From NCBI GenBank assembly GCA_016182605.1, contig JACPGE010000056.1, positions 28,964 to 92,963 of the forward strand: 64,000 nucleotides of DNA, written 5' to 3'. Below, piece by piece: positions 9,609 through 18,068 of the stretch; position 1 is the first letter of the stretch; each line of letters starts with the position of its first letter. This DNA comes from Candidatus Hydrogenedentota bacterium (GTDB lineage: Bacteria > Hydrogenedentota > Hydrogenedentia > Hydrogenedentales > JAEUWI01). The notes beneath the pieces are model-generated. The model saw only the letters and a program-made list of their open reading frames with translations. It searched no databases and was not told the origin of the DNA. The translations under genes and the position numbers were made by a program.

Positions 9609-10475
9609 TTACTGGCTCACGAGGGTGCCCAGCCCCTCTTTCGTGAAGATCTCGAGCAACAGGCTGTGCGGTACGCGCCCGTCGATGATGTGCGTCTTGC
9701 GCACACCGTAGCCCAGCGCCTTGATGCAGGCCTCCACCTTGGGAATCATGCCGCCCGCTATGATGCCGTCTTGGCGCAGCTTGGCCACCTCCGTGGAGCG
9801 TACCTGATGGATCAGGGTGCCTGGATCGTTCACGTCGCGCAACAGGCCCGGCGTATCGGTGAGGAAAACCAGCTTCTCCGCCCGCAGCGCCGCGGCCACC
9901 TCGCCGGCTGCCGTGTCCGCGTTGATGTTCCAGGTGCCGCCCGTGCCGTCCGTTGCCACCGGCGCGATCACGGGGATCATGCCGGCCTGCGTCAGCACGT
10001 CGACCACTTTCCGGTGCACCCCGGTGATGGCGCCCACGTGCCCGATGTCGGCCCCGTCTTCCGTCTCCAGCTTGCGCGCGAAGAGGAGATTGCCGTCCTT
10101 GCCGCTCAGCCCCACGGCATCCGCGCCCGCAAGATTGAGCAGGCGCACGATGTCCTTGTTGATCCTGCCCGCCAGCACCATTTCCACCACTTCTATGGTC
10201 GCGTCGTCCGTGATGCGCAGCCCCTGCGGTGAAAACTGCGCCTGTATGTCCAGGCGTTTCAGCGTTGCATTGATCGCTGGGCCGCCCCCGTGCACGATGA
10301 CCGGATTCATCCCCACGTATTTCATCAATACGATGTCGTCTGCCGTGCTCTTCCGCAATTCGGGGTCGAGCATCGCCGCGCCGCCATACTTGATCACCAC
10401 CGTCTTACCCACAAAATCGCGGATATATGGCAGGGCCTCAATGAGTGTTTGGGCCTTTGAGATGAATTCCTGCAT
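9609..10475 (-). CDS. argB: Acetylglutamate kinase
   Basis: LIEALPYIRDFVGKTVVIKYGGAAM and VHGGGP amino-acid kinase motifs. 288 aa. Confidence 0.9.
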   Translation of the reverse strand: MQEFISKAQTLIEALPYIRDFVGKTVVIKYGGAAMLDPELRKSTADDIVLMKYVGMNPVIVHGGGPAINATLKRLDIQAQFSPQGLRITDDATIEVVEMVLAGRINKDIVRLLNLAGADAVGLSGKDGNLLFARKLETEDGADIGHVGAITGVHRKVVDVLTQAGMIPVIAPVATDGTGGTWNINADTAAGEVAAALRAEKLVFLTDTPGLLRDVNDPGTLIHQVRSTEVAKLRQDGIIAGGMIPKVEACIKALGYGVRKTHIIDGRVPHSLLLEIFTKEGLGTLVSQ

Positions 10476-10610
10476 GGCGGCTCCTGTTTTTCCTGGCGGA
10501 TCTTAACAGAGCCGTCGCCGGATAGGAAAATTTTCGAACCCAGCCCCATCCGAAAATGGGCAACCGGGTTTATTTTCTCCCGCAAACTACACCCCGAGCG
10601 GGTCTCTGGC

Positions 10611-12242
10611 TCAGGCCGGCCTCGTCGCGGTTCCGGAATGGCGGCGTTTCCAGCGCCGTGCAATGAGTGTAATTGTGGCGCCCGCAACGGCCATCACCAC
10701 CGCGGTGCCCCACAAGAGGTACTGGCGGCGCTGCTCGATATAATCGCCAAACACGCGCCGCACCATGACCTGCTGCACCTGCATGGCCGGGGTGTCTGGC
10801 GCGTCCGCCTGCGTCGCGCGCCAGTATTGGATCATCCCCAATTGTTCGCGCCAGCCAATCGTGCCGTCGCCGTCCTTGTCGAAGCGCTTGTTCATCTCCG
10901 CGATCAGAATCGGGCGCAGTATCTCCACGTCCACCGTTTCGAACTCGCGTATCCGGTAATCGTTGATCGCCTGGCGGATTAGCGGCGTGTCCTCGGGCCG
11001 CACCGCGATGACAGAGAGACCGCAGCCCGCCATCTCGTCCGTGGACTGGGGGCCCCAGCCGATTCGCTGCGGCGGCTGAAACGGGTTGCGCGGATTGGCC
11101 GCCGAATTGTCATATACGAATCGCAACTGGATCTCGGTGCCCCTGGGGAGAAGCACCGGCTCTTCGAAGATGTATTGCTCCTGCCACGCGAAATCCCAAT
11201 CCAATACCCGAATGAGGACCTGCTCCCGGTTATCGGGGAACTTGGCGACCGCCTCAATCTCCTTGCAGATGTAATGCGCATGCGGGTTAATCTTGATCGC
11301 CTCCACATCGCAGGGCACGGTATAGCTGTGTTCCACGACAAAGTTTGCCTCGCCCGCGGGCACCTCCAGCCCTGTGGTCATCCCAAACATGGCCGGAATC
11401 GGCAGGGCAACAAGCTCGCGGGTCGGCGGCTCTTTCGTAAGGAAGAGGCCCATGCGCGACTTCTCCGATTCGGCCTTGCCGCTGGGGTGGAAGTGCGTCT
11501 CGATCACCATGAGGGCATCGTCGGGAATGGCGATGGCCACGCCCTCCGGAAGCCACGTGGGCAGCGCGCCCACGGCATAGCCGCCAATGCGCTCATCGGC
11601 AAAACGTTGCTCCATGCCGCCGAAGCCCGGACCGGCATCCATCGCATCCATGCGCAGGGCCACACCGCTCCGGTCCAGATCGAAAAGACTGTGATGCACC
11701 ACGCTCGGCGCACTCGGTTGAAACTCGATCCCTTTCACCCACGTGCCCTCGGGAAGTTCCGGGATTTGCATGACAAAATTGTGGTAGATATCCGGACCGT
11801 CCGCGGGTACGGGATACGCTTCCGGCATCTCCAGGATGATATCCGGGATGCCAAGGCGCCAGCCCTCCGGAAAGACCGGCGGCACAGGCAAATCGGCGGG
11901 GTTGCCCTCGTTGCGGCCCTGCGCCACCCACGCCGCAATCGTCGCGATCTCATCGGGGCTCAACCCGCGCTCATCGCGCAGCGCTGTATGGCCGCGTTCC
12001 GCCTTCCAGGGCGGCATGAAACCGTTGCCCGTGACTTCCTCGATCAGGCGCGCACGCTTCTTCACGTCGTCGTACGTGAGGAAGTTGAATGGCGTGCCCA
12101 TGCCCGGCCGGTGACATTCCAGACAATGCCGGTTGACGAGCGGGGCAATGTCCTTCGTATAGGTCACCGGCGTGGCAATCTGCGCCCACGCGGCCGGCGC
12201 CGTGGCCAGCGTGGCGATCAGCATTCGGGTCATCGTGGTCAT
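10611..12242 (-). CDS. Fusion protein: planctomycete-type cytochrome c (PSCyt1, CxxCH) + copper type II ascorbate-dependent monooxygenase-like (PHM/DBH-like) domain + C-terminal TM anchor
   Basis: Start trimmed to an ATG (MTTMTRMLIATLATAPAAWA signal peptide) preceded by GGAGAA. NRHCLECH heme motif. VVHHSLF, THFHPSG, NPHAHYI and EMAGCG mirror the CuH (HH..H) / CuM (HxH..M) ligand order. C-terminal hydrophobic helix + RRWKRR. Confidence 0.6.
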   Translation of the reverse strand: MTTMTRMLIATLATAPAAWAQIATPVTYTKDIAPLVNRHCLECHRPGMGTPFNFLTYDDVKKRARLIEEVTGNGFMPPWKAERGHTALRDERGLSPDEIATIAAWVAQGRNEGNPADLPVPPVFPEGWRLGIPDIILEMPEAYPVPADGPDIYHNFVMQIPELPEGTWVKGIEFQPSAPSVVHHSLFDLDRSGVALRMDAMDAGPGFGGMEQRFADERIGGYAVGALPTWLPEGVAIAIPDDALMVIETHFHPSGKAESEKSRMGLFLTKEPPTRELVALPIPAMFGMTTGLEVPAGEANFVVEHSYTVPCDVEAIKINPHAHYICKEIEAVAKFPDNREQVLIRVLDWDFAWQEQYIFEEPVLLPRGTEIQLRFVYDNSAANPRNPFQPPQRIGWGPQSTDEMAGCGLSVIAVRPEDTPLIRQAINDYRIREFETVDVEILRPILIAEMNKRFDKDGDGTIGWREQLGMIQYWRATQADAPDTPAMQVQQVMVRRVFGDYIEQRRQYLLWGTAVVMAVAGATITLIARRWKRRHSGTATRPA

Positions 12243-12898
12243 GGGTTCTCCTTCAACGTTTCCGGCTGCGATGCATCGGGCGCGCCGTCCATAGGGATGA
12301 AGCAGCCAATACACGGCGTCTCGTTTTGCGGCAGGGTCTTGCCCTGAAGCGCGGCCTCGATGGCATCCCGCAGATCGTGCTGCGCCGCCTCATTCCGGTA
12401 TTTGCCAAAATCCACATAGCGGTCGTCGATGCGTCCACGATAATAGATCCGGCCCGCCCGATCCAGCACTACCGCCTCCGGGGTCACAGTTGCCCCCACG
12501 GCGCGCGCACAGGCGTGGACCGGGTCCAGAAGCGCCGCCGGCTGCAACGCATAGTCGCGGGTGTGTGCCCGGATCGCCTCCACACCAACCGCGGGATCGC
12601 TGTACACGCGGTATAGTAGCACCTTCTTTTTCGAGAACGCCTCATGGAGCCGGTTAATCTCCGGGGCATAGCGGTTCACCACGGGGCAGTCCGGGGCGAC
12701 AAAGAGGAGTACCGTAAGCGGGTGATCGGGGCTCGGCACGCAGACCGGCTCGCCCGAAGCACGGTCGAGATGGAGCGGGGCCAGGCTTCCCAGCATCGCC
12801 GCGCCTGCCGCATCGCGGCCTGCGGCCGGGTCTTCTCCGCGTGCCAGCGCGCACACGGAGAGTAGGAGCACTGCGCCAAGCCAAAATCTGCGGTTCAT
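12239..12898 (-). CDS. Secreted thioredoxin-fold (redoxin-like) protein
   Basis: Start at internal ATG (MNRRFWLGAVLLLSVCALA signal peptide). LLFVAPDCPVVNRY active-site-like segment. Stop overlaps the ATG of the downstream cyt c/Cu-monooxygenase gene (ATGA overlap). Confidence 0.4.
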   Translation of the reverse strand: MNRRFWLGAVLLLSVCALARGEDPAAGRDAAGAAMLGSLAPLHLDRASGEPVCVPSPDHPLTVLLFVAPDCPVVNRYAPEINRLHEAFSKKKVLLYRVYSDPAVGVEAIRAHTRDYALQPAALLDPVHACARAVGATVTPEAVVLDRAGRIYYRGRIDDRYVDFGKYRNEAAQHDLRDAIEAALQGKTLPQNETPCIGCFIPMDGAPDASQPETLKENP

Positions 12899-13046
12899 GA
12901 GCACGGTCCTTTCCCGGGGGCCCCACGATGATACCTGAGCCGTCCCTGAATTGGCAGCACTTGCAAAAGCCCGGGCACGGGCGCTAGACTGGACCCATCT
13001 AGGACAGCATGCAACTGCGCCCCGCGGCACTCGGGACACCCGAACG

Positions 13047-13232
13047 ATGGAAGAGTGGTACAGCTTCACCTGTCCCTGCTGCTGGCAGGACGTCTCCATG
13101 CTGCTCGATCTTTCCGCGGGAGGCCAGGCCTACGTGCAGGATTGCGAGGCGTGCTGCAATCCTCTGGACATCAGCTTCGAAGTGGAGAACGGCCACGCCA
13201 CCAACTTCACCGTCTCCGCCGCACAGGAGTAG
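13047..13232 (+). CDS. Cysteine-rich CPxCG-like small zinc-finger protein
   Basis: MEEWYSFTCPCCWQDVSMLLDLSAGGQAYVQDCEACCNPLDISFEV: two Cys pairs, ~61 aa. Start trimmed from track ORF 12951. Confidence 0.45.
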   Translation: MEEWYSFTCPCCWQDVSMLLDLSAGGQAYVQDCEACCNPLDISFEVENGHATNFTVSAAQE

Positions 13233-13348
13233 CCTCCGCGGCGGGACTGTCTGATGGCCCCCTGTCGGCACAGTCGCGCTTCGAATCATTCGCAGGGTCA
13301 GGAAGTACCATCATTGCGCGCTCACGCATTCTCGGAAAACATCGATTT

Positions 13349-13377
13349 TTTGTCGTGCCACACGATTGCGTCCAACG
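13349..13377. repeat. Imperfect 12-5-12 palindrome cacacgattgcg-tccaa-cgcattcgtgtg (copy 1)
   Basis: Lies between the convergent CPxCG gene and the carbonic anhydrase gene. No U-tract follows on either strand. Confidence 0.6.
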
Positions 13378-13457
13378 CATTCGTGTGCCCGTAGCGTGGA
13401 AGATCAGCGTCGACGGCCGGTGATGCTGTGTCATCGGAAAGTCTGGGCCCCCAGTTT

Positions 13458-14084
13458 TCAAGTGGTACTGGGCACATACACCACGAAACTGCCCCGGTTC
13501 CGATCATAGTAGCGCATGTGACGGTGCTCCAGGTCGAAGATCCAGCCGTGGACCTTCGCAATGCCCTCCGCCTCGGCACGTTGAACCGAGGGGTAGGCGC
13601 GCACGTGTTCCAGTTGCAGCAGCACGTTCTCTTCCACCAGCGCGTCGTGCAGCTCTTCACCGCAGAGCCCTTTGTGCTGCACACTGTCGAAGGCGGGCAG
13701 GGCGTGTGTCATCCAGTCCGCCGTGTTGCCGGGGCAGCCGTTCTCCAGCCCCCGCTCCAGCGCGCGCAGACCGCCACAGTCGGTATGACCGCAAACAATA
13801 ATGCGCTTTACCTTCAGCACGTCCAGTGCGTAGTCGATGGCGGCTGCAAGCACCGATTCGCCCGAGCCCGGCGGCGGCACAATGTTCGCGATCACGCGGA
13901 CCACGAAAAGATCGCCCGGGCGCGCCCCCGTGAGGGATTCCGCGAGCACGCGCGAGTCGGAGCAACCAATAAACATGACGTCGGGCGACTGCCCCTCGCG
14001 ACCCAATTGGGCCAGCCGCTCCTTCTCCTGCTCAAAAAAGGCTTCCCTGGACGCACTCGACTCGGCAAGCAATCGCTCGGACAA
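13458..14084 (-). CDS. can: Beta-class carbonic anhydrase
   Basis: CSDSR ... HTDCGG zinc-ligand signatures. 208 aa. Confidence 0.85.
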   Translation of the reverse strand: MSERLLAESSASREAFFEQEKERLAQLGREGQSPDVMFIGCSDSRVLAESLTGARPGDLFVVRVIANIVPPPGSGESVLAAAIDYALDVLKVKRIIVCGHTDCGGLRALERGLENGCPGNTADWMTHALPAFDSVQHKGLCGEELHDALVEENVLLQLEHVRAYPSVQRAEAEGIAKVHGWIFDLEHRHMRYYDRNRGSFVVYVPSTT

Positions 14085-14239
14085 ACTGCAATTCTCCTCT
14101 GCTTCGTTCGGTTGGGCAACACCCCGAGACCCGGTTTTGTTCCCCTGGAGCCCATTCTGGCCGCATTCGACCCACCCAAAGCAAGCGGGCCACCGGGAAG
14201 TCCCGGTGACCCGCCTTGGAGCAGGGAGAGGAATTCAGT

Positions 14240-16255
14240 CTAGTTCTTGGACCGCTTACGCAGGGTCATGGCGCCCGCGGCGCCCAGTGCGCTCATCAGC
14301 ACACCGGCTCCGAAGAGCCCCGTGACCGGCAAGAGGGGGTTGCCTTCCCAGAACGGGCCGAAGTCGCCGGAAGCCGCCACGATGAACTCGGGCTGGCCGC
14401 CGCCCTGGGCAATCACGGCGTTATACGCGCCGAGGTTGTCCAAGCCGTCTTCATTGTAGTCGCCGTCGCCCGCGAAGGGTTCGTCGCCATCCTTCGCCGG
14501 GCCGCCCGTGCCGTAGATCGTCAGGTTCAGCGGATTGATCGTGATCTGCTGCGAGAGGATCGCGGCGCGGTCTGCCTGGAAGTCGGCCAGGAAGGTGCCG
14601 CCAAAGCCGGGAAGCTGGGATTCGATGAAGTTCCACGTCGCGGCATTCGCCGTCGAGATGTCGGCCGCTGCCGTCGGCGTGTAGATCGTGTCGATTTCCG
14701 CCACGCCGTCAAACGCGCCGGAAACCGCCGCCTGCATCTGCGTGCTCAAGCCGAGCAGCGCCGCCGATATCTCCGGCGCGTCCTGCAGGTCCAATGCCGC
14801 TTGCAGCACGTTGTTCACCGCATTCACCTGTGTTGCGCCGCCGTTGATGGCGAAGTTGTTGTTGAAGAAGTTGATGATGAACGCAATGCCTTCCCACGCT
14901 TCTTCAACCGCCGCAACATCCGTCGCGAGATCTTCCAGAATCGCCAGGTTGCCATTGAACTCTTCGAGCACCGTCGCCTTGTCCACGGTCTTGCCTTCCA
15001 CGCCGCCTTCGCACAGCGCGTAGGAGAGCAGCGCAATCTGGAAGGTATCCGGAATGCCGTCCGCATCCGCATCGGCGCCGCCAAGCGCGCCCGCCGCCGC
15101 GGCAAGCTGGGCCTGAAGCGTGTCGTCAAACGAACAGATGTCGAACCACTCGGGTGCGCGCACTTCAATCTCCAGCGAACCCGTGCCGCCGCCGCTGCTT
15201 TCCGCTTCGATAGCGACCGTGCCCGCGCTTACGCCGGTAACCAGGCCGTTTCCATCCACCGTGGCGATGGCATCATCGGCAGAACTCCACGTAAACGTGG
15301 CTTCGGTGTCTTCGGAATCGATGGCGAAGAGTTGCAAGGTATCGCCAATCAAGACGCTTTCCTCGGCGGCCTGCACCGTCACGCCCGAAGGCAGTTCCGG
15401 TGCTACCTGATTCAACGCGGTGCCCGTGATAACAATCGGGCCGAGTTCCAGCGTTGCAAGTCCGCGAGCCTTGATCGTGAAGATGTCGGGATTCGTCGCG
15501 CCAGCAACCGCCTGATCGACCGGAAGCGCCGTGCCGCCATTGCCCACCAATTGAAAGGCCCGCGCCGGCTCGTCGCCGTTCACGCCGTAATAGGTCGTGA
15601 TTTCCCGGGTCGTCGCGTTCCACACCTGGCGGATCTTGATCGTCGTGACCACCTTGCCATCGGTCCAGGCGTCGCCCGCGTCGTCGCCCGCAACCCAAGT
15701 CGACTCGTCGTTCGGCGATTCACTCGGCGCGCCGCCGGCCCCGGCAGAAAAGCTCTGCCCGCGCACTACCCACTGCCGCCCCGCTACAGGCGCCGTCGAA
15801 GGCCACTCGATCCCATAACGGAGCTTGCCGCCGTCCACGGTTGTATTCGCTTCGGTGCCAATGTAGCAATACGTGTTGGAGGTGGACTCCGTAGACGCCG
15901 CCGGGACATCCGGACCTTCGCTCACGCCGCCTTGCTGCGTGCTCGCGTCTGGCACGGTCCACTCCGCGTTCAACTCCCAATCCTGGGTATCATCGAACTG
16001 GATGGCTTGTCCCTGATCGTTCTGGAGGACAACGAAGTTGGTCCCGCCGACCGTTGGACTCACGTTGACGTGATAGGTCCCGTCGCCCAGATCTTCGTCC
16101 AGAATCTGGCCGTCCACAAGCGTATTCCACCCCAGCGGCAAGGATCCTGGCCCTGCCGCCCAGCGGAACTCCCCAGTGTCGGCCTGGGCCCACCCTTGCC
16201 CCAGGAACAGGGCAACGGCAGACAAGCCCGTTGCTATCGTGCGAATGCTTTTCAT
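14240..16255 (-). CDS. Secreted Gly/Ala/Thr-rich protein with bacterial Ig-like (Big_2) domain and C-terminal LPVTG + hydrophobic + RKRSKN sorting-signal-like tail
   Basis: Start at ATG (MKSIRTIATGLSAVALFLGQGWAQA signal peptide). Big_2-like segment VTLQAAEESVLIGDTLQLFAIDS...VTGVSAGTVAIEAE. C-terminus LPVTGLFGAGVLMSALGAAGAMTLRKRSKN. Confidence 0.55.
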   Translation of the reverse strand: MKSIRTIATGLSAVALFLGQGWAQADTGEFRWAAGPGSLPLGWNTLVDGQILDEDLGDGTYHVNVSPTVGGTNFVVLQNDQGQAIQFDDTQDWELNAEWTVPDASTQQGGVSEGPDVPAASTESTSNTYCYIGTEANTTVDGGKLRYGIEWPSTAPVAGRQWVVRGQSFSAGAGGAPSESPNDESTWVAGDDAGDAWTDGKVVTTIKIRQVWNATTREITTYYGVNGDEPARAFQLVGNGGTALPVDQAVAGATNPDIFTIKARGLATLELGPIVITGTALNQVAPELPSGVTVQAAEESVLIGDTLQLFAIDSEDTEATFTWSSADDAIATVDGNGLVTGVSAGTVAIEAESSGGGTGSLEIEVRAPEWFDICSFDDTLQAQLAAAAGALGGADADADGIPDTFQIALLSYALCEGGVEGKTVDKATVLEEFNGNLAILEDLATDVAAVEEAWEGIAFIINFFNNNFAINGGATQVNAVNNVLQAALDLQDAPEISAALLGLSTQMQAAVSGAFDGVAEIDTIYTPTAAADISTANAATWNFIESQLPGFGGTFLADFQADRAAILSQQITINPLNLTIYGTGGPAKDGDEPFAGDGDYNEDGLDNLGAYNAVIAQGGGQPEFIVAASGDFGPFWEGNPLLPVTGLFGAGVLMSALGAAGAMTLRKRSKN

Positions 16256-16439
16256 GCTGAGATCACTCCCCTTAGGTTTTTCAAAAGAACCCATAATGCC
16301 ATTTCCCTACGACGCCCACGAACACTTCAGAAGGCGCCGCGTCTGCAGCCTCAGACGACGTGCACAACTGCCACGTACGAATATACGTGCTTACAAAAGC
16401 AAATTCGGTGCCCGCTATGGATGTGTATGCCTAAGCCAT

Positions 16440-16450
16440 TGGTATATAAT
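16440..16450 (+). promoter_or_regulatory. Extended -10-like element TGgTATATAAT
   Basis: ttggtatataatggg. Strong sigma-70 -10 consensus in a long intergenic region. Weak -35 (tgtgta) 17 nt upstream. Confidence 0.3.
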
Positions 16451-16602
16451 GGGTTGTGTGCGTGGCGCTTGCGGGGCGGGAAAAAAGGTGTGTCAAACCT
16501 GTGTGCTGGGTGTTACACACCTGTAATTCTGCTTGCGTCACGGGTTACAGCTTTTAAGACCGCGCTCCAGGCTGCGCCAAGCCCTGCAGGCCATCTCAAG
16601 TA

Positions 16603-16722
16603 CGGTTTTTCTTCTTAAAGTATTACATAATTTTATTTTTTGAAAATATGTAATCCTTTATTTTAAAATTGGGTCAACTTAAACAATATAGGCGGAAAAA
16701 CTATAAAAACGAAAATGCCTCC
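16603..16722. promoter_or_regulatory. AT-rich (~25% GC) segment with palindrome attacata...tatgtaat in the divergent intergenic region
   Basis: Striking compositional outlier in a 66% GC genome. Lies between the minus-strand secreted-protein gene and the plus-strand DUF1559 operon. Confidence 0.4.
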
Positions 16723-17000
16723 GGCCCACGCTCCGGTGCGCGCCTTGGGATCGTGCGTCTGTGAAAAGTGGAAATGCCACCGCCCAAAAGATTCTACTGG
16801 ACGAAACACCCAATCATTTGTAATACTGAATTCAGCAGCGGAGCTGTGGAGCACACGGCATTTGGGTTTCTGGCCTGAGATGGTGCATACTTGTAACATG
16901 GCGAAGGTGTAGTAGTACGACACACGGGCTGTGGGTCGCCTGCCGGCGTACACGTGCTCACGCGGCGGACGCATCCAAGCGAAATCGAGGCTCTATCGGG

Positions 17001-18068
17001 ATGTTTCGGGAGAGAGCGGGCGTATTTTCCGGGGGGAGAACCGTAACACGGGTGTACCGGGCTGTCGAAGGGCGGCCCGGCGCGTGGTGTGTCCAAGGCT
17101 TTACGCTAATCGAACTGCTCGTCGTGATCGCGATCGTCAGTCTGCTCAGTTCCATTCTTTTGCCGGTGCTGGCCCGCTCGCGCGAGGCGGCCCGGCGCGC
17201 GGTATGCCAGAACAATTTGCGCCAGTTTGGCATCATCTTCAGCCTCTATACCGATGAGAGCAAGGGCAATCTTTATCCGCCCTTGCAGAAGTGGCACCTC
17301 AACGGCACGCCGACGCTGCTGGGGGTGCGCGGCGCGATGCTCTATCCCGAGTATTGGAACACACCGAACATCATCTTGTGTCCCTCAGACTCGCGGATAA
17401 AGGAGTTTGCGGGCGAGTTCGATCAGGATCTGAACAAGGCCGTGCGCGACGCCTTCGAAGCCGGGGCCAGCCCCGATTGCCTGGAAGTCTTGCTTTCCCT
17501 GACGATTTCCTACGCCTACATCGGTTACGCGGTCAAGACTTCGTCGCAACTCAAAGATGTGGTCATGTCCAAGATCAACCTGGCCTTCGAGGAGCAGACC
17601 GACGGCAACGTGCAATTAATCGGCGCGGCGGAGATGGAGGAGCAGGGTTGTCAGCGCCGCTCCTTCGCAGCCTATGGCGCGCTCGGCACCTACGATATCC
17701 CGGCGATACCGGGTATTCAAGACGGGCTTGGGCAGTTGGACGACGATGGCGGCCCCATGCCCGAGGGCTACAAGCTGCTCGCTCAGGGCGTGGAGCGCTT
17801 CTTCATCACCGACATCAACAGCCCCGCCCGCTCCGCCCGGGCGGAGAGCCAGATCCCCGTGATGTTTGACACGTGGGCGCAACAGGTGCCGATCTTCGGC
17901 GGCGTCGCGCGTTTCAATCACGTTCCTGGCGGCTCCAACGTGCTCTACCTGGACGGGCACGTCGAGTTCGTGAATCTGTCCAGCCGTTTCCCCGTGGCCA
18001 ATGCGCCCGCGGGAACCTATGGCCAGGATCTCTCGTTCACCATGGCGCTGACTTCGGGTACGAATTGA
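17001..18068 (+). CDS. DUF1559 / H-X9-DG protein with prepilin-type N-terminal cleavage/methylation domain
   Basis: [43 protein letters not shown] pseudopilin signature. C-terminal DGHVEFVN (H-X9-DG-like). Confidence 0.8.
   Translation: MFRERAGVFSGGRTVTRVYRAVEGRPGAWCVQGFTLIELLVVIAIVSLLSSILLPVLARSREAARRAVCQNNLRQFGIIFSLYTDESKGNLYPPLQKWHLNGTPTLLGVRGAMLYPEYWNTPNIILCPSDSRIKEFAGEFDQDLNKAVRDAFEAGASPDCLEVLLSLTISYAYIGYAVKTSSQLKDVVMSKINLAFEEQTDGNVQLIGAAEMEEQGCQRRSFAAYGALGTYDIPAIPGIQDGLGQLDDDGGPMPEGYKLLAQGVERFFITDINSPARSARAESQIPVMFDTWAQQVPIFGGVARFNHVPGGSNVLYLDGHVEFVNLSSRFPVANAPAGTYGQDLSFTMALTSGTN

Noticed and set aside
14216-16618. 800-aa plus-strand ORF
   Set aside because: Antisense shadow of the minus-strand secreted Ig-like protein gene; Arg/Ala/Gly-rich composition typical of high-GC antisense frames, with no start context.
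16663-16974. 103-aa minus-strand ORF in the long intergenic region
   Set aside because: Begins inside the AT-rich segment, has no SD, and its translation has odd composition. More likely regulatory or ncRNA DNA.
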